Source of the DNA: Fistulifera solaris
Lineage: Eukaryota
Assembly: GCA_030295235.1 (NCBI GenBank)
Contig: AP026131.1
Coordinates: forward strand, 1,054,001 to 1,118,000
DNA: 64,000 nt
Direction of reading: 5' to 3'
Positions 1-13,080 of this stretch are shown here, piece after piece (within the stretch, counting starts at the first letter, position 1; each line of letters starts with the position of its first letter). Made by a program: the position numbers and the translations under genes. Under the pieces are notes generated by a model that ran no database searches, was not told where the DNA came from, and saw only the letters and a list, made by a program, of their open reading frames with translations.

Positions 1-3000
1 AGGGATGCGTGTTTAACGGCACTAAGAGCAGGGACTTCTCTTCATTCTACAGAGAGTAATGGGCTTAACATCGAAGCAGTGGAACCTCTAGTTTCAGCAG
101 TGATCAGTGAAGTTACCGAGTCAACTACAAGGGTAAGTGCCTAAGATTTTGTGGTCTTTGTTATGAGAAAGTCTCATTTGTGAGTGCACACGAAAAGGCT
201 CCCGGTCTCGCGGAAGTCCTCGAGTTTTTGTGCGAGCTCGCTGCTACTTTGCCGAATCTTGACGAATCGTTGTCTTCAACGGGCCAGCCATTAGGGGTAC
301 CTTTTGCTCAAGTCATCGTGGAGTGTCTGACCTCATCCAAGACGGAGACAAGATCTGCGGCAACTCGGCTTTTAGAGGTGGTTCTAGGTAACAGGGTGAT
401 CGGCGCGGAAAACTTTAGAAAGGCTGTAGGGAAGCTTGTGCCTGCCAAACAACGAACAGTTGGCCCATTGGTGGCCAAATATGCTGGAACTGAAGGTTCA
501 ACTCCGCAAGCGCATGCCACTTTTGGTGACCCCTCAAAAAGTCGAAGTGTCCCTGCTCGAACTTCAACAAAATTGTCTGCCGCACCCAATCAAAAAGACT
601 TTTCTAGCCGACAACCGCAAAATGGAATAGCTCCGATGGCTAACGACCGAGCTGAGGTTCGTCGACACCCACTTCAACCGAAAACTAATATGATGTCTCT
701 CCCAACGTGCAAGGGTATGGTCTGGCCGGAATATCCTGAGGAGCCGCAAGGCACTTCCATTTATCTAAATCTTAAAAAGTCATGGAGTCAGATACTGTCC
801 GCAAAGGCTTTTGCCGCCCTTTTCCCAAGCACAGGAATACGAAAGCAAGATGAAGCCAAAGATGGTTGTGAAGTTCTACAAAAAGCTTTACAACTAGATC
901 GCGAAGCCGGCTATACGCATGTTGTGCAGCAATTGGATTTCATTTTGAAATGGACTGTTTTCTCTTTATGTAGTAGAGAGACAACCACTGGTCTTCAAAC
1001 TTTGCTGATGTTCGTGAAAGAACTGCTGGCATACTTAGTTGACTATAAACACGAACTTTCCGATTCTGAGGCTTTTGGACTTTGTCCCGTATTTAATTGA
1101 CAGGGCAAGTAACGCCAAGGTATGTACATAGTTGCTTCTGTATTTTATGTTTCAGGATTGTTTCTGACTGAGCGATACAAGGGACGGTTCGGCGAAGTAC
1201 TCAATGGTATTGTTGAGTTTTTGAAGAAAGAGGAGCTTCTGCCGCCGAAAAGGCTTGGCTCAGTTGTCTGTATCGCCGTTATCGAAAGATCACCCCACGC
1301 CAAAGCTCGTGCTCTTGCATGTCAGATCTGTCATGATTGTATTGAAACAATAGGTTTGAACGGTTGTGGAAAGAAGGGAGTGGTCGCCGCCGCGAAAGCT
1401 TTTTCCGAGGAAAAAGTAGCTGAGGTGCGTAGCGAGTCGTCAATTGCTGATCATCCCTCATTTGTTCGATTAATCATTTCTTTGTTTTACAGACGCGGCT
1501 TGCCGCGCTGAATCTACTTGAGATGATTCTTGCCAAAATGAATGGGGATATTCAGCGCCTTTCAAGAATATGTGGTCCTGCACTTTCTATGAAGGCAACA
1601 TCCGAGCTTGAAGAAAAATGGAACAAAAGAAATTTTACCGTTACAAGTCCTTCGCCACACCCAAACTCTCACAAATTTACGAAGAGCGCAGATTATGATG
1701 AAAACGGATTGAATATTAGCGAAGATAGACAAAGTATTCGCGATGAGTTACCCTCCTTTAGACTGGATGCTGATCCTCCACTAGCCACCAGTCGAGATTA
1801 TAAGGGAATGGTTACATTAAGCGAGACGCAAAAAGTAGAAGTGGGAGACCATTCCGAAGGAACCGAGTATTATGACGCCAAGGAGCACAGCGAAACACCA
1901 GGCAAATTAGACGGAACCGCAGCTTCACTTCGAATGCGTTTACTTCAAATCAAAGGGAAAGGCAACTGCTCTGATCAAGATGCCTCCATTTCGAGCTCGC
2001 TTCGAATTCTCCCGGAGAATGCTAGGTCTGGAACCGCCGAAGAGCTGTCGACGCTAAAATACCTACTCAAAAGAAAAGGACCTCTTCCTGAACATGATGA
2101 AGATCTCATTGCGTCGATAGAGGCGCTGAAAAGAATTCACGCTGCTCTAGCGAACCAGAGTGCCACAAATGGCCACAATTCAGATGATGGACTGCTCCTG
2201 TTTAGGGAATCGATGGCCGCTAAGATTGATGAATTGGTGGACCTTCTCACTCAGTAAGTGACAAATCGATGGTTACAATTCTTTCAATCCCGTCTAAACT
2301 ATTCCGACTTGATTCCCGTAGACTGATTGAGTTTTCGTTCGAGTGCGGAATCGAAAGCGTTAACGCGAAGATGTCCATCCCATTGCTCTCAGTGTGCCTA
2401 GCTACCTTGATGGCTTTATTTCGAGATAACGGGCTTGCGCATAGCGTCTCGCAAGATAACCTGACAGTTCTCATAAGACAAACAGGAACGGCTCTCCTCG
2501 ACGATAGATTCGGCACCTTCTCCGTTTTAGATGAAGCAACAGCTTCACAGATGGTTCGTGCTCTAAATAAGGTACGTTCTCGGCGACAGACCTCGTCCTC
2601 AGCATGCCCCATTCTAATCGATATGTTTCAGTTGGCAGTCCAAGCTGCTACAGGAGCAGTAAGGCAATATTCGTTCATGGCCTTACTTGCACTACAGCAA
2701 CAACTTTCCAGCGAAAACAGTGATGATGCATTTAGCAGTCGTTTGTCGCGTGTGATCCTTAAACTCTTCATCCGAGTTGTGAAGGCCGAAGAAGTGGAGG
2801 ACGTCCCTTACCACCCCTCCCGAATAGACATGGAAGCTTTGGTTTGTACGATGGAAGACGGATTAGAAAAATGTTCCAATGTTGATTCCGAGATTTCAGG
2901 AGCCTACTCAGAAATGGTGCACAATTTGGTACAATCCATCAGCGCTAACAAAGGGTCGGCAGTCCTTCTGAAGTGCCTGGAAGCTTTGGACTTGGATTCA

Positions 3001-3702
3001 ACTTCCTCGGCGCTCTGGCGGATCGTTCAAAGTGTTGAAAGCCAGCCGCAATCATTAGAAAGCGATTATATTGAGTCACAACGTGCATCGCGAGACGTTG
3101 CAACACTTGTCTCTGCACTCGGCAATGCGCCAGAGGGTCCACAGCGGGAGGCGGCTTTGAATGAATTACTAGCTTTCAAGAATGCTTATGGGGACGAAGA
3201 GCTGGACAATCATCTCAGACAACTTTCATCTGCTTTCCGTTCCTTTATTGAAGATCAACTGAGACAGAGAACCAGCCCATCCAAGCCCGCAGATCATGAA
3301 CAAGGTAGCGCGAATATGTCTGATAGATTAAGGAGTTTAAGGTCGCGACTCAAGGCCACCGAGCTTGCTCTACAAACAAACGTAGAGGATTTCCATTCAA
3401 GCCCAGATAAGTTTGCATACCAGGATGTTTCGGGGGACAAGCTCACGGATTTTTCTGGCGACATGGCTGGTTCTTTGCAGAGATCCTCGAAGCTACTGCA
3501 GCCTTCTCCATCGAGGGTCGCTGTCGCAGGAAATACGACATCTTCATCGCTCCAGGAACGTCTAGCTATGGCACAAGATAGTCGGAAAGGAGCATCTGTA
3601 GCTGGAGGTTCGTCATCGTCAGTAGGAACTTCGATGGGGAGAGCCGCTGCGCTTCGTGCGCGACTGGAGGCGGTGAAAAACAAGGGAAAATCGACTTATT
3701 GA
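1..3702 (+). CDS. TOG-domain microtubule polymerase, XMAP215/CKAP5/MOR1 family (3' part; gene starts upstream of the window)
   Basis: HEAT-like helical ORFs joined by GT-AG introns at about 133-197, 1120-1181, 1425-1492, 2254-2321 and 2572-2631. QLDFILKW...ELSDSEA(LDFVPYLIDR), after removing one T near 1074, resembles the ch-TOG TOG5 motif LDLILKW...LTENEASSFIPYL. C-terminus is LRARLEAVK. Confidence 0.75.
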
Positions 3703-4455
3703 AAAGGCAGAATAATCCAAAATTAGAGCTTTTTAATATCATAGAAGCTAGCTGTCAAAGCAACTAGTATGTCGCAGCTCCTGGATATAGCAACCAATGA
3801 TAGCACTAGCCTCTAGTTCAAATCCTGATCGTGATGCGCTCAATGTGCCATATGCACATGGACCTAGTCAACATCGTCACGGAAAAGTTGTCAGCATCCG
3901 AGAGATACCGTAAGTACTTTTTAACGGTATTCCTTGTGTCCGCGTATGTGTAGCACGACTCAGTATCGATTTTTATAGATAGACATAATCCGTGCTCGTT
4001 ACCAAAGACACAAGACAACGTACGCCGTACACACGCCAAATCCAAAAACGAAATCCGGATCCGGCGATGCCTTCGGTCTTCGGTTCTGAACGCGACAAAA
4101 CAGCCAGTGTCAAAGCAATATCATACTCCGTATCACATTGACATTGAAAGCATATTCATTCGAAGCCTTTATTGTAATAATAAAAGCTGCGATTCATTTG
4201 AATATTCCATCCGCAAGGCATACTGTCATACGAATCGATTTATTGCTGTCGAAGGATACGCCGCGTAGAATACGTACCGTCTCGTACTCAAGATACACAA
4301 AACTCCGCCAATCTTACATCCAACGATTTGCAGGTTCCGTGCCATCTTTTCCTATTCTTTTGCAAGAAAGCAACAGCCTTCCCTTGACAGAAAAGAAATT
4401 GAATTTTCTACGTTACATGTCCGCCACAATATCGGCTTCATTCACCGTAGAAACC

Positions 4456-5654
4456 ATGGCTGAACCATCCGGCGCCTCTGTAGCCGACGACAGCAAGAGT
4501 TCCTTGACAGAACAGAACATTTCCTATTCAGCTCAGCGTATTATCGGAAACGGCTCGTTTGGCGTTGTATTCGAGGCAAAGGTGGTTGAGACAGGCAAGA
4601 TTGTTGCCATCAAAAAGGTTTTGCAGGATAAGCGATTCAAAAACAGAGAGCTTCAGATCATGCGCCAGCTTGTGAAAGATCCGCATCCGAATATCGTCGC
4701 ACTGGAACATTGCTTCTACTCACAGGTACGTGCTTTTAAATTCTCTTGCGTCGCAGCTTCTTTTGTTCTCTAATGCTGCTTCTCGTCTTGATGTGCCAGG
4801 GAGAAAAAGCAGACGAACTCTATTTGAATTTGGTTCTTGAATTTGTTCCAGAAACTGTTTACAGTATCAACCGACGACACCAAAAGCATTCTACGCAACT
4901 GCCACTTTTGTATGTCAAGTTGTATTTGTACCAGCTTGGCCGAGCCTTGGCTCACATTCATAGCTTGGGGATATGCCACCGCGATATTAAACCACAGAAT
5001 TTGTTAGTGCACCCTCACACGCAACAATTAAAGCTGTGCGATTTCGGAAGCGCCAAGACCTTGGTCAAAGGCGAGCCCAATGTCAGTTATATCTGTTCGC
5101 GCTATTACCGAGCACCGGAGCTGATATTTGGATCCACGGATTATACGACTGCGATCGATATTTGGTCCGAGGGATGCGTCGGTGCCGAGTTGCTTCTGGG
5201 ACAGCCTCTTTTTCCAGGAGACTCAGGTGTCGATCAACTAGTCGAAATCATAAAAGTCCTAGGAACTCCGACGAAGGAGGAGATTCGTAGCATGAATTCA
5301 AGCTACATGGAATTCAAGTTTCCGCAGATCAAATCATGTAATTGGAAGAAGATTTTTCGGAATAAGACACCTGAAGATGCCATGGATTTTATTTCGAAGA
5401 CGTTGGCCTACACGCCCACTAGCCGAATAAAGCCACTGGAAGGTTGTACTCATCCTTTCTTTGACGAATTGCGCCAGGACTCGACACAGCTTCCCGGTGG
5501 GGCACCTCTTCCTCCCTTGTTTGACTTTACTAGCTACGAGCTCTCTCAACCAGCGGATTTGCTTGACAAATTGACACCGCCACATATCAAACTCAAACAA
5601 GAAACAGACGGAAACGGCGACAATGAGGATAGCAAGAAGCCGGGTACGTCATAG
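4456..5654 (+). CDS. GSK3: Glycogen synthase kinase-3 / shaggy-like kinase
   Basis: [41 protein letters not shown] and [13 protein letters not shown] motifs. Intron 4726-4799. Alternative ATG at 4417. Confidence 0.97.
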
Positions 5655-6000
5655 CCAAGTACCCCTCGTAAATTCGTGACACGATACAGAAAGAGGGGCG
5701 GCATCTAAATCATGCATTCACCGCCATCTCAAATCGCTCGACGACAAAGCCAAAAAGGTAGCGCAAGTCGTTTGACCGCTGCTTATTCGCTCAATCCATG
5801 ATTATCATAACACCCATTGATTGTGCCCGTGACACGTGATAGAAACCACACAACATTTCACTGTATGGACACTTTGAGCTTCTTCCCAACCTAAATGTAG
5901 CTTAAAGAATAAGAGAATAGTGTCACACTAATAATGTAAAGATACTTTCTAATCTTATTTGACAAAAAAAACTACGTCATTCAAAAACAGACTCACTCAT

Positions 6001-7363
6001 CTAACGTTGCCATTCCATCTTCAAAATGGGAAAAGGAGATCGTCTATGCCGGTCTATATGTTCAGGGTGGAAAGTAGACAACTTGACACTGGCGTCCGGT
6101 AGATGCGTTACAATCTTCTCAAATTCCCTGGCGAACTTTTCAAAAGACGTTGCCGCAGACGACAAGAAGCGTGGCATCACGAGATAATGCATTGCCGAAG
6201 CAGCGTTGGGCTCGGCCAACATGGCCAGATTGATGGCCGCAAACTCGTAGGCGGCATCGACGTCCCCCGTATCCGATTCGGTAAAGCCAGAAGTCTCGCT
6301 GACGGTAGGGTCATTTCGCGAGATCCATTCTTGCGACAAGACGAATGGATTCTTCACGGAAATGAATTGCTGCTCAATGCTTTCACCGATGGCTTGATAG
6401 AATGCGTCTTCTTCTTGCTCGGGGGATAGTTCCTTGGACGGATGAGACATATGAGCGGATCTGCCAAAGAGCGCCTCTAGCCTTTGGATATCTTTCGAAG
6501 TAACATTATCCTCTTTTCGCTGCGAGTATGTCGTCGAAGAAGGAGGCGATCGAGTGAAATCGGGAGGAGGCGTCGAACGTACCTCAATGACAATCGTCGG
6601 ATAGGGCGAACGACGAGCCATCTGGCGTTTCTCCATGTACTCTTTGTAATTTAGATCAACTTCTTGGCCTTCTTCTTCTTGTTTCATCTGCTGGAGTTGT
6701 TGTTTCGATGACAACTGACCGTATTTGGGATGTAGATGAGCGCAGTTGACCGAAACACTCCAGTCACGCGGCTCGTCCTCTTCGTCGTCATCGTCTTGCA
6801 TCAGACGCACTTCGTTCTTCTCCAGCGCGTCATCCGTGATGTAATCACGAGCATTGCGTCGTGCTTGATTGATGGCTTCTATAAAGGCATCAAAAGAGAA
6901 ACGACTCGGAAAAAGCCGTGTTGGAAGGGATCACAACGACTTCGGTCTTGCGCAGCGTGTGAGGACGGTAGGCTTTCCTGTCATTCAATCTTCGTTCTTC
7001 TTCGCTTTCTCCGTGCGATTCACCGAGCAAGCGGGCTTCTTTGAGACGCCGAAAGATCCCCGAAAGAATGAGAGGACCTTGTGCATTGGTTTCGCAAACA
7101 TAACTCACTTCTTTGCGGGTGTACGGATTTCCTTGCGCGTCTGAAAGGGTCTGAGAAATCCATTCTTCCGTGCGAGTTAACACACTCCACGCATTCAGAG
7201 GCTGATCCGGAGAAGCGTCGTACATGACGAGGCCAGCAGTTCTACTATTCGCAACAGCATTGAGATTAGGCGTTCCCATAAAAGAAGACCGCATTGATGG
7301 CGACCATGACAAGGCATAGGGCGTCGATAAAGCGACAGCGAGCGGGGATACGAGGTACTTCAT
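6001..7363 (-). CDS. Hypothetical protein with N-terminal signal/plastid-type targeting peptide (one frameshift near 6890)
   Basis: ORFs 6890-7363 and 6001-6810 join by a 1-bp shift in a T-run, giving ...SESFLF/DAFIEAINQARRNARDY... Hydrophobic N-terminus ending ALS-W. Confidence 0.7.
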
Positions 7364-7877
7364 CTTTTCGTAATTGCGTTGATCAAATACTGAAGGATAG
7401 TACGTTTTAAGGGGCTATTTCTGTTTCTCTCTACAATGCGGTCTTTTGTTCTTCGCATTGGGCATTGGTCGACGGCTCAGTGTCAAAGAACTTTCGATCG
7501 GATCCTTTTCTTTCTTTTCTTTCCTTCGTTTTTTTCGTGGAGAAGAGGTGCGTATCTTTGCGTAGAAAATTCTCGTAGAAAGTCATCCGCGACCTCTTTG
7601 AGTCATGAACGAGAATTCTTGGCGAATTCTTATTCCATCACCGCTGAGACAGTAAATTGTACAATAATGAGATGTAAGACGTGATTGATTTCATTCACGA
7701 CTTGTCGTTTGTCCGTCCTCCGTATGACAATGAGTAATTAAGGTTATTACTCATTGCCGTATGAGGCATATCTGCCATCCGCTCACACGAAAGTAAAACA
7801 TGAAGCACATCACTTTCTTTCAAATGCACACATCCCTTATTCGTTTCAGAGGTAATATCCCCTTCACAAATAGCAGC

Positions 7878-9101
7878 ATGAATGACACAGAGAATGGAAA
7901 TAAGATGAAGCAAAAGCAGCTCTTGATAGAGGTAGCCGATGCCTCCGACGGACCCTTGGTGAGCTCATTTCCAGGGGGTTTGCCTTCGACGGAAGCCAAA
8001 TTTGTGTGGAAGAAATACAATCAGCGGCATATTTTGGTAGGAAAAGACGACTCCTGTCGTTACTATGGTCAAGAAGAACCTAGTCGTTCCCGCTTAGTCA
8101 TCGCTCTTTACGACAAACGAAATCACACGTTAACTTGTCACATGGCCGCCAATGAAGGACAGGTCTATGCCTTGCAACAGCAAGTTATTAACTATGAAAC
8201 CAATATCACAGTCGATCCAACATCGAATGTGTTTCAAGAGTTTGGAAGTTCCAAGAAGAAACGCGCATTACAATCGCAACAAGCCAATCGTATCCACTCG
8301 GATCAAATTCTGGGTAAAGCCGGAACGCTGACAAAAATGGTAGTCGATAATGAGAATCTTGCGGAGAGTAACCGAAAAGCCATTCAGGAGCAGAAGGAGA
8401 GAAATCAAAATACTGAGGTTAATGATCCCGCTCCGGCTGTTAGTCTGGCCGTACAGGAAGCAACGAACGCCTGGAGAAGTGCTTTTCTTCCGAATCATGC
8501 CAATCCCAATGCCGATACGCCGACCAAGGTTTACACTCCCGAGAATATGGCTGGCCCAGAAGCTTGGTCGCAAGTCATCCGAGTGGTAGACGCATGTTTT
8601 CATGAGGAGGATCCGGCGGCTGCGTTACAAAAATCGAAATCAAGTGACACTTGGCAATTTTCATCACTGCGAGAACTGTTGCTCAACAGCAAGCCGCAAA
8701 AGGGAATCTATCGCGCATTGTGTTTGCTGCATACATGGACACGTTTGTATGAAGAAAATCACCGGAAACGTTTCGTGGGTCACACATCATCGAATGCTGT
8801 GGTGCAATCATTCTGGCAGAATTTTGGAACTTCGATGATGTCAGCAGCGGAACAAAAGGAAGGCTATTGTATGTCGAAAGCAAACCAGGACCGCTGCAAG
8901 CTTCACCTATTGCTCTTATTTCTATGGGTCGAAGGTTGCTCGACGTCCAAGCTACCAGCGTACTGTGCTGAAATGAAGTGGCCTTGGGCACAAATGGTGA
9001 ACTTATTACAAGAAGCTGGTTGTACCATACAGAAGGATAAAGTTTCTTTGAACACGCCAGTTCAGTATCCCCAATCCATTGGTAAACGTAAAAGAAAATA
9101 A
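7878..9101 (+). CDS. RNA polymerase I-associated subunit A49 (RPA49/PAF53)-like
   Basis: FQEFGSSKKKRALQSQQANRI and FLPNHANPNADTPTKVY resemble the A49 motifs FGxKKxKRA and LP..N.DA..P..VY. Basic C-terminal tail. Start codon uncertain. Confidence 0.7.
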   Translation: MNDTENGNKMKQKQLLIEVADASDGPLVSSFPGGLPSTEAKFVWKKYNQRHILVGKDDSCRYYGQEEPSRSRLVIALYDKRNHTLTCHMAANEGQVYALQQQVINYETNITVDPTSNVFQEFGSSKKKRALQSQQANRIHSDQILGKAGTLTKMVVDNENLAESNRKAIQEQKERNQNTEVNDPAPAVSLAVQEATNAWRSAFLPNHANPNADTPTKVYTPENMAGPEAWSQVIRVVDACFHEEDPAAALQKSKSSDTWQFSSLRELLLNSKPQKGIYRALCLLHTWTRLYEENHRKRFVGHTSSNAVVQSFWQNFGTSMMSAAEQKEGYCMSKANQDRCKLHLLLLFLWVEGCSTSKLPAYCAEMKWPWAQMVNLLQEAGCTIQKDKVSLNTPVQYPQSIGKRKRK

Positions 9102-9145
9102 AAGTACGGAATATCAAACAAAAAAGGCTTAAAGAGTAACAGTGT

Positions 9146-10528
9146 TTATACGCGCTCGGTAGGCGAGCGCGCTCCTCCAATAATATAGCCATATTCGTCC
9201 TTCTTGGGACTGTGATTTCCATCGTTCCCCCCAGTGCTCGGAATCGCAGTTTCCGACAATCCAGGCGGGGGATAATGACGAACTGGCGGTGGCCCATAAG
9301 GATGATAGTAGGGGTGAGGAGCGTACCCTCCGTACATCATGTGAGGAGGAGGTGGAGGAGCCCTATTACTATCGCCAGCTTCTGGATGCGAAGCACCACC
9401 GGGTTGAGATGGTGGCGGAGGTGGATAGTATCCTCCGTAGGGTGGCGGCGGCTGATACGAATGGTGCGGTGCCACGTGCGGAGGCGGATAGGGAGCTGGC
9501 GGCCAGTGCGGCGCCGAAGCTGACGGTGCCTGTTGCTGTTGCAGTGGCATCGAACCCATTTGCTGCATCATTTGAACTTGCGCAACAGCGGCCTGAATGA
9601 GTTTCTGCAGTAGAGTGAGAGGTAATGGTAAAAGAAGTATAGAACGAAGCAGCAGCAGCAAAACAAATCAAATACGTACATCCTTTCCATGTTGAGCAAA
9701 CTTTCGCTGAATAGTAGAGTACCAATGATTTTTCACGTCATTGTCAGAACGTCCTGGTAGCTGCTTGGAAATATTCGCCCAACGGTTGCCATGGTGCTCA
9801 TGCATTGCAATGAGAATAGCCTCCTCGTCGTCCGTCCATTCACCTTTCTTAAGCTCTGGATCGAGATGGTTCACAAACCGCTCTCGGCATTGTTTGCCTT
9901 GTCGCCCAGGGAGATGCTGAGCTATTTTTGCCCACTTGCGACCGTATCGTTTACGCATTTCCAGCAAAATCGAATCTTCTTCGGGTGTCCATGAGCCTTT
10001 GCCCTTGATGACAGGAGGATTCGTCATGTTCTGCCACGCGGTAAGGCAATCAATGGCGTTGTATTTGGGAAAGTTCGCGGCAACTTCGTTCCAGCGAGGT
10101 GCTGTATTCTTGTATTGCTCCACCAACTTTCGAAGAAGCTCGAGCTCTTCGGGTTCCCAGTTCCCTTCAATGTCATCGGTGTCTTCTTTGCCGTCATCGG
10201 CTCCCGAACTCTCATCATCATTGCCGGAGTCGCTCTGCTTACTCGCATCACTGCGCTTGCTTTTCTTCTCCGCTCGTTCGTCTCTTCCTTCTACGGAAGA
10301 AGCTTGTCCCGTCGACGTTAGCTCCATATGCCTCTTCAGGCACTGAACAGCCGATTTGCCTGGAATCATTTCGGATATTAGGTCCCAGTCCTCTTCGCCT
10401 TCCTCGGCATGGTTCTTGTGCTCTTGCTTCACGGCATCGAGCAACTTTTCGTCTTCCGCTTCGGTCCACTGAACACCGTTCGCCCGCTTTCTTTTCTTTG
10501 CGAGTGGAGAGGAAGAAGAGAGGGACAT
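9146..10528 (-). CDS. Myb transcription factor with four Myb/SANT repeats and a Pro/Tyr/His-rich C-terminus
   Basis: Canonical R2R3 pair (KGSWTPEED...GRQGKQCRERFVNHL; KGEWTDDEE...GRSDNDVKNHW) preceded by two further W-spaced repeats. Intron 9605-9679. NLS KKRKR. Confidence 0.92.
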
Positions 10529-10807
10529 CTTGACACCAACACGGTTCAATAGCTGCATACACGAGGATAAATCACTGTCGACTGAAACAAGAGTAATGTA
10601 TGTGAGAGACCCATCGCTGAAACGAAGGCGAAACATTCTTCTCCGATGGCTCCTTACGTTTTGAGAAGTCCGCTTCGGCAAGTCGTTGAGCTAGTTTACA
10701 AGTACCGCACTGCAAACAGGACATGGTGAACAATTTGTCAGGACAATAAACGATCATCAAACGCCAAACACTGATGAGGTTGACCCACCTGAGAACGTTA
10801 CCTGATA

Positions 10808-11071
10808 AACGGCAAACGGTTATCTCCGTTCGATTTTGTGAGGATCAATTCAACCGTCCCAAAACGATAAACGTTACTCATCAACCGCTGGCCTGCAGAA
10901 TTGCTCCGCAGCGGCCGGAGCATTTCGGTTGAGCGGACGGTTACGAGCAGTTCAACTGCTCCAAATGTTCACCATTCAAATTCGGCGCACATGAGCCAAA
11001 GTGTACAAATCATTCGTGAGTTTGGAACAGTACCTACGGATCCTGCCAAATAGTTAGTGTCCCGTTAACGG
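10808..11071. promoter_or_regulatory. Cluster of Myb-recognition (AACGG / YAACNG) sites upstream of the Myb gene
   Basis: AACGG/CCGTT at 10808, 10815, 10826, 11062 and 11067; CAACCG at 10851 and 10882; CGGTTG at 10926; CGGTTA at 10938; CAACTG at 10953. Confidence 0.5.
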
Positions 11072-11462
11072 TCGTACGGAGCGCGCGGGAAGCCCTTTCG
11101 TCGGACTGTGTTGTGAGAGTAAAGCAAACTGTACGTAGGTCTTAACACAGAGTATGACGTAAGAAATCAACTGCCACACAAAATAGTGGATATTTGAGAT
11201 GACGTAAGCCGCTGACGATTATCTACGTGACACGTGACTCCTTTCATCGATCCCGGGTGTCACCCTCTTTCTGTTTTTACGGCGAAAATTAGGGATAATG
11301 CTCTTCGAGTACCTTCCGTCACCTTCCTCGGACGGACCATGGCGGCGGTCGCCTATTATTCTTGAGACGAACCTTCACTTCGCTGATCCGTCACACAAGC
11401 TTCGTAACGCATATATTACTCATCAATCATTAACCGGATATTGAGAAACACAACGCTTCATT

Positions 11463-12777
11463 ATGATGGTCGAACAAATGAAAACAGACGCGCCCGTGGG
11501 AGGCAGTATCATGGGCAAATATTACGCGTCCAAAATTACAGAATTGCGCGAGGTAAGTCTCTTCAGGTACAGTATCTGTTTTCTCTGACTGGTGAATGAA
11601 TTGATATGCTTATTTTCTCATTATTATGCTATCCATTGTCTTTCGAAAGACCGTTCAAGTTCGCCAAGCGGATTTGCAACGCCTCAAAGCGCGTCGAAAT
11701 GAACTGAATGCAGCCGTGCGAATGTTACGAGAAGAGCTTTATCATTTACAGGAACCGGGATCGTACGTGGGAGAGGTCGTGAAACCCATGGGACAAAATA
11801 AGGTGCTGGTGAAAATCAATCCGGAGGGAAAATACGTCGTTGACTTGGATGTGGACAAAATTGATATCAAGGATTGCAAGCCGAATACTCGGGTGGCGCT
11901 GCGCAACGACAGTTATACGTTACACAAAATTCTGCCGACCAAAGTGGATCCGCTCGTTTCGCTCATGAAAGTAGAAGCTGTACCCGATTCGACGTACGAT
12001 ATGATTGGTGGTCTCGAGAAGCAAGTATTAGAAATCAAAGAGGTCATTGAATTGCCGATCAAGCATCCGGAATTGTTTCAAAGTTTGGGAGTCGCTCAAC
12101 CCAAGGGAGTGTTGCTGTACGGTCCGCCAGGAACGGGGAAAACTCTTCTGGCACGAGCTGTAGCTCATCACACGGATTGTACGTTCATTCGAGTCAGCGG
12201 TGCCGAGCTCGTGCAAAAATACATCGGTGAAGGTTCGAGAATGGTCCGTGAGCTCTTTGTTATGGCGCGTGAAGCTGCACCCAGTATTATTTTTATGGAT
12301 GAAATTGACTCGATCGGTCAGGCGCGAGGTGGAGGCGGCGGAGGAGGTGGTGATTCGGAAGTTCAGCGAACCATGCTTGAATTGCTCAATCAGTTGGATG
12401 GGTTTGAGCCGGCGCAAAATATCAAAGTCGTCATGGCTACGAACCGCATTGATATTCTAGATCCTGCTTTATTACGACCGGGTCGAATTGATCGTAAAAT
12501 TGAGTTTCCTCACCCGAATGCCGAAAATCGCCATGCTATTCTAAAGATTCACTCGAGGAAAATGAATCTATTGCGACATTTGGATCTCTATAGTATTGCC
12601 GAGAAAATGTCGAATGCCAGCGGAGCTGAATGTAAAGCTGTTTGCACAGAGGCTGGTATGTTCGCCTTGCGTGAGCGTCGTGTGCACGTTACGCAGGAAG
12701 ACTTTGAAATGGCAGTCAGCAAGGTCATGAAGAAGGATTCCGACGCCAACGTCTCCGTACAAAGACTGTGGAAGTAG
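11463..12777 (+). CDS. RPT6: 26S proteasome regulatory AAA-ATPase subunit RPT6 (PSMC5)
   Basis: [23 protein letters not shown], Walker [21 protein letters not shown] and Walker B IIFMDE. Exon 1 is 11463-11552; intron 11553-11649. Confidence 0.97.
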
Positions 12778-13080
12778 TGCACACGTAAAACTAGCAACAT
12801 TTTCTATTTTAAACACTACTTTTAGCAGTGCCCTGTGTGCGTTTGCATTATTTTTGAAACGCGTCCCGCATCTCATGGCATCCCATCCATGATGGTACCA
12901 TAGACATAGACCGTAGCTAAAACTAAACCTTACATGTTCGTGACTGAAATAGTATACCGAGTACTGTACTTTGTATGCAAAAGATTTACATCGGTTTCAC
13001 AAGTATCGGTGAGATTGCATTATCAAACACGGTCAAAAGGTCCATATTTCCATTTATCTAATGGAAACTGTTGGCCCTTA

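Noticed and set aside
4138..4455. Long N-terminal extension of GSK3
   Set aside because: It begins at a non-ATG codon and reads like 5' UTR or intron sequence; homology starts near the ATG at 4456.
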